Assembly: GCA_951406725.2 (NCBI GenBank)
Contig: OX597830.1
Span: forward strand, 34,534,001 to 34,598,000
Reading direction: 5' to 3'
Length of the DNA: 64,000 nt
Source: Octopus vulgaris
Lineage: Eukaryota
Shown: positions 1 through 13,310 of the stretch, one piece after another
How the letters are laid out: each line of letters starts with the position of its first letter
Numbering within the stretch: the first letter of the stretch is position 1
Position numbers and translations under genes: made by a program
Notes under the pieces: generated by a model
What the model was told of the DNA's origin: nothing
What the model saw: only the letters and a program-made list of their open reading frames with translations
Database searches by the model: none

Positions 1-160
1 CAGCTGTTTTCCGTGCTGGCATGGATTGGATTGTTTGACTGAGGTCTGGAGAGCTAGTGGCCGCACCAGGCACCAATCTGATCTGGCGATGTTTCTACAG
101 CTGGATGCCCTTCCTAATGCCTTTTTACATGCCACCGGTACAAGAGCCAGTCAGGCAGGC

Positions 161-199
<39 letters not shown>

Positions 200-327
200 T
201 GGAGTAAGCACATAAATGTCAAACAAGGTGGAAAAAAGAATACTCGAATACCAGAGGTAGAGTAATATGCCCTATTTAAAACTCTGAGTAACAGCTTTTG
301 TTATATTTCTGCTGCTTTTAAATAAAG

Positions 328-358
<31 letters not shown>

Positions 359-624
359 ACAATGGTATCGAGTATCGACCAGACTATTGGATGTTGTTAT
401 ACATCACTGGTCACAATGTGCTTCCCATTATTTTAGCCTTCAAATGATGCCACCCTGCTTATTAGACAAGCAAGCCAACATTCTGCCACAGAGTTACCTA
501 TTCACAGGTGAGTGGACTGGAACAAAATGAAATGAAGTGTCTTGCTCAAGAACACATTGAACCACCTGATCTAGAAATCAAACTCCTGACCTTATGAACT
601 GGAGTGCAATGCTGTAACCACTAG

Positions 625-681
<57 letters not shown>

Positions 682-754
682 GTATGTATATGTATACACT
701 TATTTGTGTGTGTGTCTGTTTGTTTATGGATACATGTGTAGATGTGTATGTGTC

Positions 755-808
<54 letters not shown>

Positions 809-1748
809 TACATACAGATATATATACATAGAAAATCACATACAAACATATGAACCAGCATAAATGCATATACAGACTCGCATACATAGACATGAGCATA
901 TATACGTCATGCATTACCCTGATATACACCTTAATGTATATACACATACAGTATGCATACAGCCACATACATATCACCAAAGATACAGAGATAAGCTAGA
1001 TATGCATTAGGTGAAGTTTTAGGTAGACCTAATTTCACTAATGGCATTAGAGCATCATTAATATGCTGCTATTAATTGTTAATAGCGTGTCAATATATTT
1101 ACAGTATACATGCATATACACATACATGTACGCATATATAAAGCTACATGTATGTGTGTGTATATATATATATATGTATGTATTATATATGCATATATAT
1201 TTATGTATTATATATATGTATTGTATTTGTATGCGTATGTATATATATACATATATAAATACATATATATACCCTTCGCTATCATCAAGGGAAATCAGTG
1301 TCAGAATATTCATCCGCCATGCTAATGTGCTTGGTAAATTTCTGAAAATTGATGATGATGATGATGATGATAATGATGGTGATAATGATGATGGTGATGA
1401 TAATAATATAAATTGTTTTAATGGCAAAATTAAGAGAGCAAAAGTTATGATTTTGCTAAAGCTTAGTGTTCAACGTATTGGAAAACTAGTATTTCTCTGG
1501 TTAAGGCAGTGTATAGATACATTTATTTAATTTTTTCATTATTTGTCTCTTTTCTCTATTTTTTTTTCAATTAATTAATTTTTTAATTTATTAATTTTTA
1601 TCTATTATTGATTTTAAAATAATTTTCAGATTTTCAGAAATTATTGTGTATGTTTTAATTTTTATACTTATAATTTTATAATTATCTCCATAATTAATGT
1701 AATATATGTGTGTGTGTGTGGGGGGGGGGGGTATTTATATATACACAA

Positions 1749-1910
1749 GTGCAGGAATGGCTGTGTGATAGGTAGCTTGCTTACTAACCACATGGTTCCG
1801 GGTTCAGTCCCACTGTGTGGTACATTGGGTAAGTGTCTTCTACTATAGCCTTGGGCTGACCAAAGCCTTGTGAGTGGATTTGGTAGATAGAAACAGAAAG
1901 AAGACCATCG

Positions 1911-1943
<33 letters not shown>

Positions 1944-2142
1944 ATGTGTGTATATATTTTTGTGTCTGTGTTCCCCCGACAACATCACGTTTGAGAACTG
2001 TAAATTAGCAGTTCAACAAAAGAAGCCGATAGAATAAGTGCTAAGCTTACAAAGAATAAGTCCTGCGGTCGATTTGTTCGACTAAAGGCGGTGCTCCAGC
2101 ATGGCCAGAGTCAAATAACTGAATCAAATAAAGGAATAAGAG
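1749..2142 (+). mobile_element. tRNA-derived SINE, family A (Octopus-type)
   Basis: Head GCAGGAATGGCTGTGTG...GGTTCCGGGTTCAGTCCC (Pol III A/B-box-like), internal (TA)n(TG)n, tail CAGCATGGCC...AAATAAAGGAATAAG; same sequence recurs many times in the window. Confidence 0.85.
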
Positions 2143-2604
2143 AAAAAAATGTATATAAAGCAATGAAGGTGTAGTTTATAAGTTTGCTTACCAACCAAAT
2201 GGTTCCAGGTTCAATCATACTGTGGAGTACCATGGGGCAATGTCCTTTTCGACAGTCATTTGCTGGGTTGATGCTTTTTCCTGTTGAAAATTGTGAGATG
2301 GAAACAGCTGTACATACACACTCACATGCACATGTGCATGTATGTATCTGTGTGTGTGTGTGTGTGCACAGGTGTTTTTAAATTAGGAAAGGTGAGACAG
2401 TAAATCAGTGCCCAAGCAGGAACCTGGGATTCAAGGTACCACAACTATTTAATGCCTTGCCACTCAGCTGGTAAAAGCGAGCCACTTCTGCAAGAAGTAC
2501 GTGATTAAGGGGTAAAGAACCCCTTCATTCATGAATGACCATGGGATTGCACCTAGAAAGTTACTCTCTGAAGCACAAGCCCGGGCAATCTCACCACCTT
2601 CATG

Positions 2605-2716
<112 letters not shown>

Positions 2717-2802
2717 TAATAAGACAAAAAATTAATAATAATGATGATAATAATAATAATAATAATAATGATAATAATGATAATAATAATATTAATAATA
2801 AT

Positions 2803-3017
2803 AATCCTTTCTACTATAGGCACAAGGCCTCAAAGTTTGGGAGAAGGGGCTAGTCAATTAGATCAGCCCATTGTGCAACTGGTACTTAAGTTATCAACCA
2901 TGAAAGGATGAAAGGCTAGTTTGAACTTGGTAGAATTTGAACTCAGAACATAAAGACAGATGGAATGCCACTGTGCATTTTGCCTGGCATGCTAACAATT
3001 CTACCACCTCTCCCATC

Positions 3018-3080
<63 letters not shown>

Positions 3081-3293
3081 GTAGTTTCAAATTTTGCCAC
3101 AAAGGTAGCAATTTTGGGGGAGGGGACTAGTCAAATACATCGACCCCCAGAGTCCAACTGGTACTTATTTTATCGACCCCAAAAGGATGAAAGGCAAAGT
3201 CAACCTTGGTGGAATTTGAACTCAGATCATCAAGATGGACAAAATAACGCTAAGCTTTTCACCTGGTGTGCTAGCTATACTGACAGCTCAATG

Positions 3294-3297
<4 letters not shown>
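2803..3297 (-). mobile_element. Two copies of SINE family B separated by (TAA)n
   Basis: Reverse complements of the element at 3608-4054 (GAAAGGCAAAGTC-ACCT-GG-GGAATTTGAACTCAG). Confidence 0.75.
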
Positions 3298-3324
<27 letters not shown>

Positions 3325-3607
3325 GATAATAATAATAATAATAATACTGTTGAAGACTTGTCTATCTTTAAGGTTACAGGTAGTAATGTGCTATCCGCAT
3401 AATCCCTACCAGAAATAAGACTCAGCTTGAGACAAACCTAAATAATAATAATAACAACAATAACAAAAAAGCAACAATAATAATAAGTCTAGATTTAGGG
3501 TGCTCTTTTACTTTGCCTAAACCATGGTTGAATAAATTCACCATAAACATCCTATGTTATTTTTTTTGACATGGTCTATCTTGGATTACAATATAAGGCC
3601 TACTTAA

Positions 3608-4054
3608 GGGTGGCGAGACGGCAGAACCATTAGCATGCCGGGCGAAATGCTTAGTGGTATTTCGTCTGCTGTTACATTCTGAGTTCAAATTCCACCAAGG
3701 TCGACTTTCCCTTTCATCTTTTCAGGGTTGATTAAATAAGTACCAGTTAAGCACTGGGGTCGGTGTAATCGACTTAATCTCTTTGTCTTTCTCTGTTTGT
3801 CCCCTCTATGTTTATTCTCTTGTGGGCAATAGAGCAATAAGAAACGTTTGCATGCCGGGTGAAATGCTTAGCAGTATTTCGTCTGCCGTTACATTCTAAG
3901 TTCAAATTCCGCTGGGGTCGAATTTGCCTTTCATTCTTTCAGGGTCGATTAAATAAGTACCAGTTAGTCACTGGAGTCGATGTAATCGACTTAATCCCTT
4001 TGTCTTTCTCTATTTGTCCCCTCTATATTTAGCCTGTGGGCAATGAAGAAATAA
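3608..4054 (+). mobile_element. Two tandem copies of SINE family B
   Basis: GGCGAGACGGCAGAACCATTAGCATGCCGGGCGAAATGCTTAG...GAGTTCAAATTCC (B-box-like)...TAAGTACCAGTT, repeated at 3608 and about 3843. Confidence 0.8.
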
Positions 4055-4776
4055 ATATATGGCCTACACCCTTCTATTTTTTAACCAAGCAGTATATAAT
4101 TTAAAAGAAATTTGGTTGCTATTTCTAGCGTGTTTGCACGACCTTTACAGAGGTTGCCATCACTGGTTTGCAATAGTGCATTTTTGATGATGCTGATAAT
4201 GATAAATACCAATAATAATAATAATAATAATAATAATAGAAAAACACATCCTTTTTCCTCCAGTAATTTGACCACAGAACATGGCAACTGATTATTCAAA
4301 CAATTTTGGTTTTTATCAATTTTTTTCGACTTCCCCAATGCCACCAAAACAAATAATGTAGAGCAACAAAGAGAGAGAGAGAGAGAGAGAGAAAAAGGGA
4401 ATGTTACAGAAAGCCAGACGGACAGACAAACAGGCCGAAAGAGATGATAGTGTTATCTTCAAACCAAACGTTACGTACTTTTAATGGTATATGGTACTGG
4501 AATCAAAAAGACTACAAGGGGAAAACAAAAACAGCAAATGGATTGACAGCTGTCAAAAAAATTAGTTCATATATCGTATGTATATATATGGCTATATGCA
4601 AATATATATGTGTATATGCATGTATTATTTCTCTGTGTACACACATACATACACCCATACTAAGAGCAGTTTTGTTTACATCTGTCTTTCCTTTCATATT
4701 TACATGATTATTTATGGATATGTATGCATAAATTATCATACATTCCTAAATATATGTCTGTGTTAGTGCTCACATT

Positions 4777-4819
<43 letters not shown>

Positions 4820-5027
4820 ATATATATGTATATGTATATGTACATGTATATATGTGTGTATATATCTATCCATCTACTTAACTATACCAGTCTATCTAGA
4901 TACAGAAATATATAGATTACTAAAATATATATAAATTATGTATACATACATATATATATACATACACACATATATATATATATATACATGTATATATATG
5001 TATATATATATATGTATATATATGTAT

Positions 5028-5060
<33 letters not shown>

Positions 5061-5253
5061 GATTGATGAATGGGTGGATATATGTGTGCATCTATGTATG
5101 CTGTCGTGTGCTTATGTACGTATGTATTTATGATATATTAGAAAGCCTGTGTGCACATGTACATCAACAGACTTTGGCAACCATATCCAGCCTCATATCC
5201 AAAAAACGCCATCTCATACACACAGGGAAACACTCACACACTGCATAGACAGA

Positions 5254-5309
<56 letters not shown>

Positions 5310-5685
5310 AAGATATGATTAGATTTCAACTGATTATGTCTCAAAGGAGATAGCCATATACTTCATGAACTGACAAATGATTTTGCTAAGTCAGTCATTT
5401 TACAGTATATTACACCAACTGATTTTTTTTTTTTACTCTTATTCCAGAGATCAATTTGTGAGGGATTATTTCGTGCATGCAAACTCATATCTATATTTAC
5501 ATCTATATTCCTCCCTATCTCCCTCCCTCCCTCCCTCCCTCCCTCCCTCTCTCTCTGTCTTTCTCTCAACATACATATATATATTTTTATATATATATAT
5601 ATATATATGTACATTCTGATACAAAGGTGTACTTGTGTATATATACTTGTATATACACATACACGCACACATTATGTGTGTATAT

Positions 5686-5902
5686 TCTTTTAGTCTTTCA
5701 TTCTTTTACTTGTTTCAGTCATTTGACTGCAGCCATGCTGGAGCACTGCCTTTAGTCGAACAAATTGACCCCAGAACTTATTCTTTGTAAGCCTAGTACT
5801 TATTCTAGTGATGTCTTTTGCGGAACCGCTAAGTTATAAGGATGTAAACACACTAACATCAGTTGTCAAGCAATGGTGGGGATCAGACATAGACACAAAA
5901 AC

Positions 5903-5936
<34 letters not shown>

Positions 5937-6001
5937 GACAGGCTTCTTTCAGTTTCCATCTACCAAATCCACTCACAAAGGTTTCGTCAGCCCAAAGCTA
6001 T
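5686..6001 (-). mobile_element. SINE family A, 5'-truncated
   Basis: Reverse complement of the body and tail of the 11478 copy. Confidence 0.85.
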
Positions 6002-6133
6002 GATATACATAAATTAGCTGTGCATTTTGATGCAATCCGAAACTTTTATGCAATTTTTTTTACTGAATTATGTTGATCATGTTTGTATTGTGCTCTGCAC
6101 AAAATTTCAACATTATACGTACACTGTGCATTG

Positions 6134-6900
6134 TACAAGGTGTCCCAAAACTTTAATTTGTTTTCAGTCCTTTTAATTTCCAGTTAAACTATGATCAAAA
6201 CAATAAAAAAAATAATCAAAAACAAAAAATACAACAATTTCATCTAAATGAGTCAACATGAGCTCCGTCCATATCTCTGCAGATTTCTTTAGCATTGCGG
6301 AAAACATTTTGGAGAATTTCAGGGGTTTTTCCTAGCACCGCTGTATGTATGCATTCTTTAAGTTCAGTTAAATTACTAATTTTTCTCTGATACACCTTTA
6401 TTCTGATAAAATCCCACGCAAAAGAATCCAGGGGAGTTAAATCTGGGTAATGTAGAGGTCAAGGTCTGGATCCTCCATGTCCAATCCATTGATTTAGAAA
6501 GTGACTGTTCAGGTAATTTCAGACAATTAGAGTGTAATGACATGATGCACCATCTTGTTGAAACATAACACTACCAACAATGCTATCATTAACAATCTGG
6601 TTCTAAAAACTGCTGGAGCATAGCAAGGTAGGGGATACCTACTTTGAATAGCCCTTTCTGTTTTTCTTGAAAAAAGAATGGGCCATAAATTGTTAATTTA
6701 GTTATTCCAAGCCACACGTTAACTTTTAGAGTCTCTTTCCCATTCCATGAAATCACATGGTCTTTCATTTGCCCAGATACAATAATTGTGTCAATTAACT
6801 TTACCACATGTATGGAAAGTTGCTTCGTCACTGAATAGGATGTTATTTAATAGGTTTCCATTTTCAGTTTGATTCACAAATTCTGTGCACCTTGTAGCTT
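6134..6900 (-). mobile_element. Decayed Tc1/mariner transposase of DD41D (rosa/visitor) type
   Basis: Minus-strand translation LFSDEATFHTCGKVN...LKVNVWLGI...GPFFF...FQQDGASCHY...WIGHGG...PDLTPLD, with 41 residues between the second and third catalytic Asp; in-frame stops; TIR-like TACAAGGTGTCCCAAAA near 6134. Confidence 0.85.
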
Positions 6901-7263
6901 GATTTGTATTATTCAATGGTCACAATACAGATGTATTGTTTTTACGTGCTACTAGTAGTTTCTTGTGCTGAGAACATGCCAAACAAAGTTCTATAGCACA
7001 TCTGACATCTCAGCACAGTCATCAGGTATAACAAATTAAAAGTTGAAAATTGGAAATTTTTCATTCGTTATGCCACATGGGCTGTGCCTGATGACTGTGC
7101 TAAGATGTAAGACATGTTATAAAACTTTTTTTGGCATGTTCTCAGCACAAAAAAACTATTAGTAGTTCCCCCATAAAAGCATGTATCTATTGAATAACAT
7201 TTATCTTTCACCAGATGGAGTACTCTTTTTTGTTGAGCTTAACATCATGGAACAGTACAACTT

Positions 7264-7297
<34 letters not shown>

Positions 7298-7312
7298 CAA
7301 CACACACTCACA

Positions 7313-7402
<90 letters not shown>

Positions 7403-7405
<3 letters not shown>

Positions 7406-7840
7406 CAGGTGTGGCTGTGTGGTAAGAAGCTTGCTTCCCAACCACATGGTTCAGTCCCACTGCTTGGCACTTTCAGCAAGTGTCTTCTAATATATCCTGA
7501 AGCTGACCAAAGCCTTGTAAGTGGATTTGGTAGTCATAAACTGAAAGAAGCCCATCATATACATATATATGTGTGTGAGTGTGTGTGTGCGTGTATGTAT
7601 ATATTTATGTGTGTGTCTTTGTGTCTATGTCTGCCCCTGCCACCATCACTGGATAACTGATGCTGGTGTGTTTTCATCCCCTGTAACTTAGCAGTTTGGC
7701 AGAAGAGACCGATAAAGTAAGTACTATGCTTACAAAGAATAAGTCCAGGGGTCGATTTGTTTGACTAAAAGGCGATGCTCTAGCATGGCCCTAGTCAAGT
7801 GATTGAAACAAGTAAAAGAATAAAAGAATAAAAGAATAAA
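7403..7840 (+). mobile_element. SINE family A, full length
   Basis: Head to (GAATAAAA)n tail matches other copies. Confidence 0.85.
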
Positions 7841-8480
7841 CACACAAACACAAAACGGAATCTAATGATTGAGGTCTTGGTCTGCTCCTGTAAGACCAAC
7901 ACCAGTATCACTTACGAAAATCAACAAAAGCTGTTCCATGGAAACACCATGGCTCCTTTCTATTTCTGCTGGGCAAACATCCTCACAAAGCCTTGGTCAG
8001 CTCAGGTAGAAGAAACTAGTCCAAAATGTCACACATTTGGACTAAACCCCAAACCATCCATTTGTGACGCCAACCTCTTTGCTACACAGGAGCCATGTCT
8101 CTGTACCTATTCAAGTATAATCATAACTAATTATGTATATAGAATGATATCCTTATGCTAAATGGTCAGGCAGGAAAATCTGATGGTTTTTCAATTATGG
8201 CTATTTTGAAAACAATCAGATTTTCCTGTCATTTTTTGTATTTATCTTATGAAATAAGGTCTTGCAGTTAGATAACAGAAGGTGAGCTTTGTGGCAGCTA
8301 AATGTGAGGATTGAGTCGTTAAATTTTGATGCCACTGAATCTCATCTGTGTTTACTTATTAGAAATGTTGCGAAAATCATAACATATTTATATAATGATA
8401 CATAGTTGATGGCTTGTCTATGTATGTATGTATGTATGTATGTATGTATGTATGTATGTATGTATGTATGTATGTATGTA

Positions 8481-8540
<60 letters not shown>

Positions 8541-8712
8541 CCTACCTACATATCTATCTATCCATCCATCCATCCATCAGACTGTTTGTCCGTCTGTCTG
8601 CCTAACTATTAAGTTATCATTCTATTTATCTACATATCTATCTACCTATCTGCCTCTGTCTGTCTCTCTGTTTCACTCTCTCTCTCTCTCTCTCTCTCTA
8701 GATATATATATG

Positions 8713-8747
<35 letters not shown>

Positions 8748-8813
8748 TATACATATACACACACATACATACATACATACATATATATATATATTATAAA
8801 TACACACACACAC

Positions 8814-8862
<49 letters not shown>

Positions 8863-8903
8863 CATACATATATATATATATTATAAATATACACACACAC
8901 ACG

Positions 8904-8955
<52 letters not shown>

Positions 8956-9033
8956 GTCTGTCTCTGCCTCTGTCACTCTCTCTATCTATCTATCATCTAT
9001 CTATCCATATGTATTTATGTATGCATGTGTACA

Positions 9034-9079
<46 letters not shown>

Positions 9080-9158
9080 ATTAGCTCACCATCTAGATGA
9101 CCAAACTAACTTATTTAGATAATCAGCCAAAGTCTTCAGCTTTTATGCTTTGTTCCCC

Positions 9159-9416
9159 AGCATTCTTACCATTATTTGTTTAGTTATTTATTTATTCCAT
9201 TTTGTTTCCATTCCCTCAGCCCTGATTTCCTTGTATTCTTCATTATTTTTTTACCCTCTACTTCAATATCTAAGCCCCTTCCCCCCACCCCCGCCAAGCA
9301 TTCTTACCATTATTTGTTTAGTTATTTATTTATTCCATTTTGTTTCCATTCCCTCAGCCCTGATTTCCTTGTATTCTTCATTATTTTTTTACCCTCTACT
9401 TCAATATCTAAGCCCC
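9159..9416. repeat. Perfect 120-bp direct duplication, period 138 bp
   Basis: 9159-9278 is identical to 9297-9416 (AGCATTCTTACC...CTAAGCCCC). Confidence 0.9.
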
Positions 9417-10410
9417 CTCCCCCCCACCCCCCTCCCACACCCCCGCCACTGCTCCTTCCATTGTCTTTTACCCCATTTCTTTATCTGTTCTGAAGTTGGT
9501 ACTTTCCTCTTTGTCTTTCTCTTTTGTCTCCCATTCATTCTTCCAGCTATCCTGTTCTTGTCCTAACCCCCCATCCTCCTCCCCCCTTTCATTCTCTCCA
9601 CTTGCTGCATCTCCTCCTCTTACTCTTATAGTCCATCTCATTTACTGTTTCATAGGTACTCTCTCTCTCTCTCTCTCTAATATAATGACCAAAGCAAATA
9701 AAAGAATATATATATCCATACATATATATATACATATATATATATGTGTGTATATATATATACATATATATATACATGTATATATATATATATATATATT
9801 TCCTGCCTCTGTCTCTCCCACTATCTCTCACTTGCTCTTTCCCTCTCTCTTTCTCACTCTCTCTCTCTCTCTCTTTCTGCCTTTCCATCCTCAAGTGACT
9901 TGATTGCCATTCTCTCTCATTCCGTATCTATCTATCTATCTATCTATCTAATCTGCGAGACTACCATCAGTCTCTCTGTCTCTCTTCATCTCTTTCTGTC
10001 TCTCACTTTCTCTCTCTCTTTCTCTCTCTCTCTCTTCCCCCTCTTTCTCTCTCTCTCTCTCTCTCCATCTCCATCTGTCTATATATTGAAACTTCTATCT
10101 TTTCTGTTATACCTCTTTTCATGCTGTTTATTTTTCCCTTCCCACTAATCTCATTTTTTCTCTCCCCCCCACCATATGATTACTCTCTTTTTCTGTTTGT
10201 CCCTTTTACTATCTCCCATCTTTCTCACTGCATCTCAGTTCACCCTCTCCCTACTCTATTTACTCTTTTCCCTCCCTTCCTTCTCTCTCTATTTATCCCT
10301 CTTTGAATTCTTTAGCCGGGTTCACCCATCTGTCCAACTGCTCACCATTTTCTGCTAAACCACACAGCATTCTTCTTACACCTCCTCCACTTCCTCTTCC
10401 TCTCCTGCAG

Positions 10411-10424
10411 AAAATGGTGAAAAG
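10411..10424 (+). other. Candidate microexon (14 nt), or 3' end of a 109-nt exon starting at 10316
   Basis: cttcctcttcctctcctgcag|AAAATGGTGAAAAG|gtaagc after about 1 kb of pyrimidine-rich sequence; alternative acceptor tctttag at 10315; contains AAAATGG. Confidence 0.45.
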
Positions 10425-10549
10425 GTAAGCAGCAGCACTTATGTGTTGGGTGGGATTAATAACATAAGGAATGCAAAATTGGTCAACAGGGCGAGGCCTG
10501 CAGCAGGGCGCAAGCCATACAGGATTAGTATGAAATAACTATAAAAACT

Positions 10550-10647
<98 letters not shown>

Positions 10648-10960
10648 TACATAAATGATATACATAGATAGATAGATATACATAAATGCGTATATATATA
10701 TGCAAAAAGGCAAGGAGAGAGATGAGGAAAAATAAGAGAGAATTGATCAAAAGTATAGAACCTTGTCCATTATGTCCAATAAATAAAAGAATAAACTACA
10801 CAATAAACGAATGAATTGGCCAAAGGCTTGACAGAATTATGTTTTTATCTAATTATCTAAGCATGTATATATATATATGTATGTATATATGTACATATGT
10901 GTATATATATATGTGTGTGTGTGTGAGTGTGCATATATATATATATATTTATCTTTATAC

Positions 10961-10994
<34 letters not shown>

Positions 10995-11477
10995 ATATAG
11001 GCATAGTTTTATGGTGCTGCATCATGGCATCGTTTTAATGTTCACTCTTCCACGCTTGCAAGAGTTGGACAGAAATTCACTGAGGTAGTTTTTCTATGGC
11101 CATATGCCCTTCTTGTCACCATCCACCATCTGTTTCCAAACAATGCAATATTTCCCTATGGCTATCTACGTTTGTATGGATAATTGTTTGTGGGGGTGAA
11201 ACAACACTCCTCTACGATGGTGATGTTTCTTTACAACTCTCATGTGACATCAAGACAAGAAGATACAAATGTATATGCACTCACACGCGTACTCATATAC
11301 CTACACAGACGTGTACATAAATATATATATATGTATACATGCATATACAAACATAAATATCTTTTCTGAAGAAGAGCATATGCTCAAAATGTTAAAGACT
11401 CCTTCCAAGGTTCCTGAGCATCCTCCTAATACACCCACTTTGTTTTTAAACTAATTTTGGCATTTTTTATATCTATA

Positions 11478-11897
11478 GGCGCAGGAGTGGCTGTGTGGTA
11501 AGTAGCTTCCTTACCAACCACATGGTTCCGGGTTCAGTCCCACTGTGTGGCATCTTGGGCAAGTGTCTTCTGCTATAGCCTCGGGCCGACCAATGCCTTG
11601 TGAGTGGATTTGGTTGACGGAAACTGAAAGAAGCCTGTCATATATATGTATATATATATATGTGTGTGTGTGTGTATATGTTTGTGTGTCTGTGTTTGTC
11701 CCCCCCACCATCGCTTGACAACCGACACTGGTGTGTTTACGTCCACGTCACTTAGCGGTTCGGCAAAAAGAGACCGATAGAATAAGTACTGGGCTTACAA
11801 AGAATAAGTCCCGGGGTCGATTTGCTCGACTAAAGGTGGTGCTCCAGCATGGCCGCAGTCAAATGACTGAAACAAGTAAAAGAGTAAAGGGTAAAGA
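11478..11897 (+). mobile_element. SINE family A, full length
   Basis: GGCGCAGGAGTGGCTGTGTGGTAAG...GAAACAAGTAAAAGAGTAAAG with most CpGs intact. Confidence 0.9.
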
Positions 11898-12278
11898 GCA
11901 TACCATACACACAATCGCACACAAACACACACCTTACACACACTCCCATATATATTTGATAAATGCAATTGAAGCAGTGTTAAATTATAAGGAGCATCCC
12001 ATCCCAACCCGTGTGCTAATGGTAGCTATACATGGTGCATAACTACCATTAATAGGCAAACAAGAGACTATGATTTTTGTCAGATGGAAAGTCTCTTTTT
12101 GTTATATCTAAAATATAATTGTTACTGATATTCCTCTTGTTCCACTATATACTGTACTTTCAACACATTATGTCTATGAAGAGATTATCTCTCCAACAAA
12201 ATCTATGGCATCAAGCCTGTCTATATGTTATATATGATACACATTACATCTATAATTTAGTATCGTCACATTTCTGCA

Positions 12279-12960
12279 TTTTATTTTAGCCTGGAAAGAT
12301 TTATGTAATATCAGTGAATGCAATATCATCCATTGTTCATTATATATCACTGGTAATGGATTTTGTCTTACTATGTGACTACACGGTGTACCTCACTGAC
12401 AAGCTCCAAGAAGGGTGAAACATGTCTAATGTTCTTGTGGTAAGAGTGTAACACTCATGAACACAAGATCTTGGTTTCAATTCCCAGACTGGGCAGTGTG
12501 TTCTGTTCTTGAGCAAAACACATCATTTCCCATAGCTCTGTGATGACTTCAACATCTGATGCATGGCATATCATGCATGCGTAAATGCAATGCTGATTTG
12601 ATGAGAGGATGGAGGGATCTTTATTTTAGCCTGGCAAGCTTTATGCAATATCAGTGAATAAATTATACACTTTACACTATATATACTTTACACTATATAT
12701 CACAAGGGATGGATTTTTGTCTAGGCATTTGACTGCAGGGTACACATCATTGACAAGCTCCAAGAAGGGTGAACTATGTCTAGTGTTCTTGTGGTAAGAG
12801 TGTAACATACATGGTCACAAGATCATGGTTTCAGTTCCCAGATTGGGCAATGTGTTCTGTTCTTGAGTAAAACACATCATTTCCCATAGCTCTGTGATGA
12901 CTTCAACATCTGATGCATGGCACACCATGCACGTGTAGATGCAATGTTGATTTGATGAAA
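12279..12960 (+). repeat. Diverged tandem duplication (period about 340-355 bp) of a Penelope-like end plus SINE family C fragment
   Basis: TTATTTTAGCCTGG...GACAAGCTCCAAGAAGGGTGAA...TTCCCAGA-TGGGCA...ATGCAATG-TGATTTGATGA present twice. Confidence 0.8.
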
Positions 12961-13242
12961 GAACTGGGAGGGAACTGATGTACAACACAAACTTGATTGC
13001 TATAAAACAAATCATGTGTTCCTGTTGTTCAACAAGAAGTTGCAGAACCTTCCTATGTCATTTATGATTGAAGAGTCCACTATATATGTGTGTGGTGTTT
13101 GTGTGCATGTGTGTATGTATACCTCCATGCATACACACACATGTATATATGAATATATGTGAGTGAGTAGACAAATGAAAGAAAGAAGAGTTCAATGCAT
13201 TTAATATACATACATATATATATATACATACATATATATATG

Positions 13243-13310
<68 letters not shown>

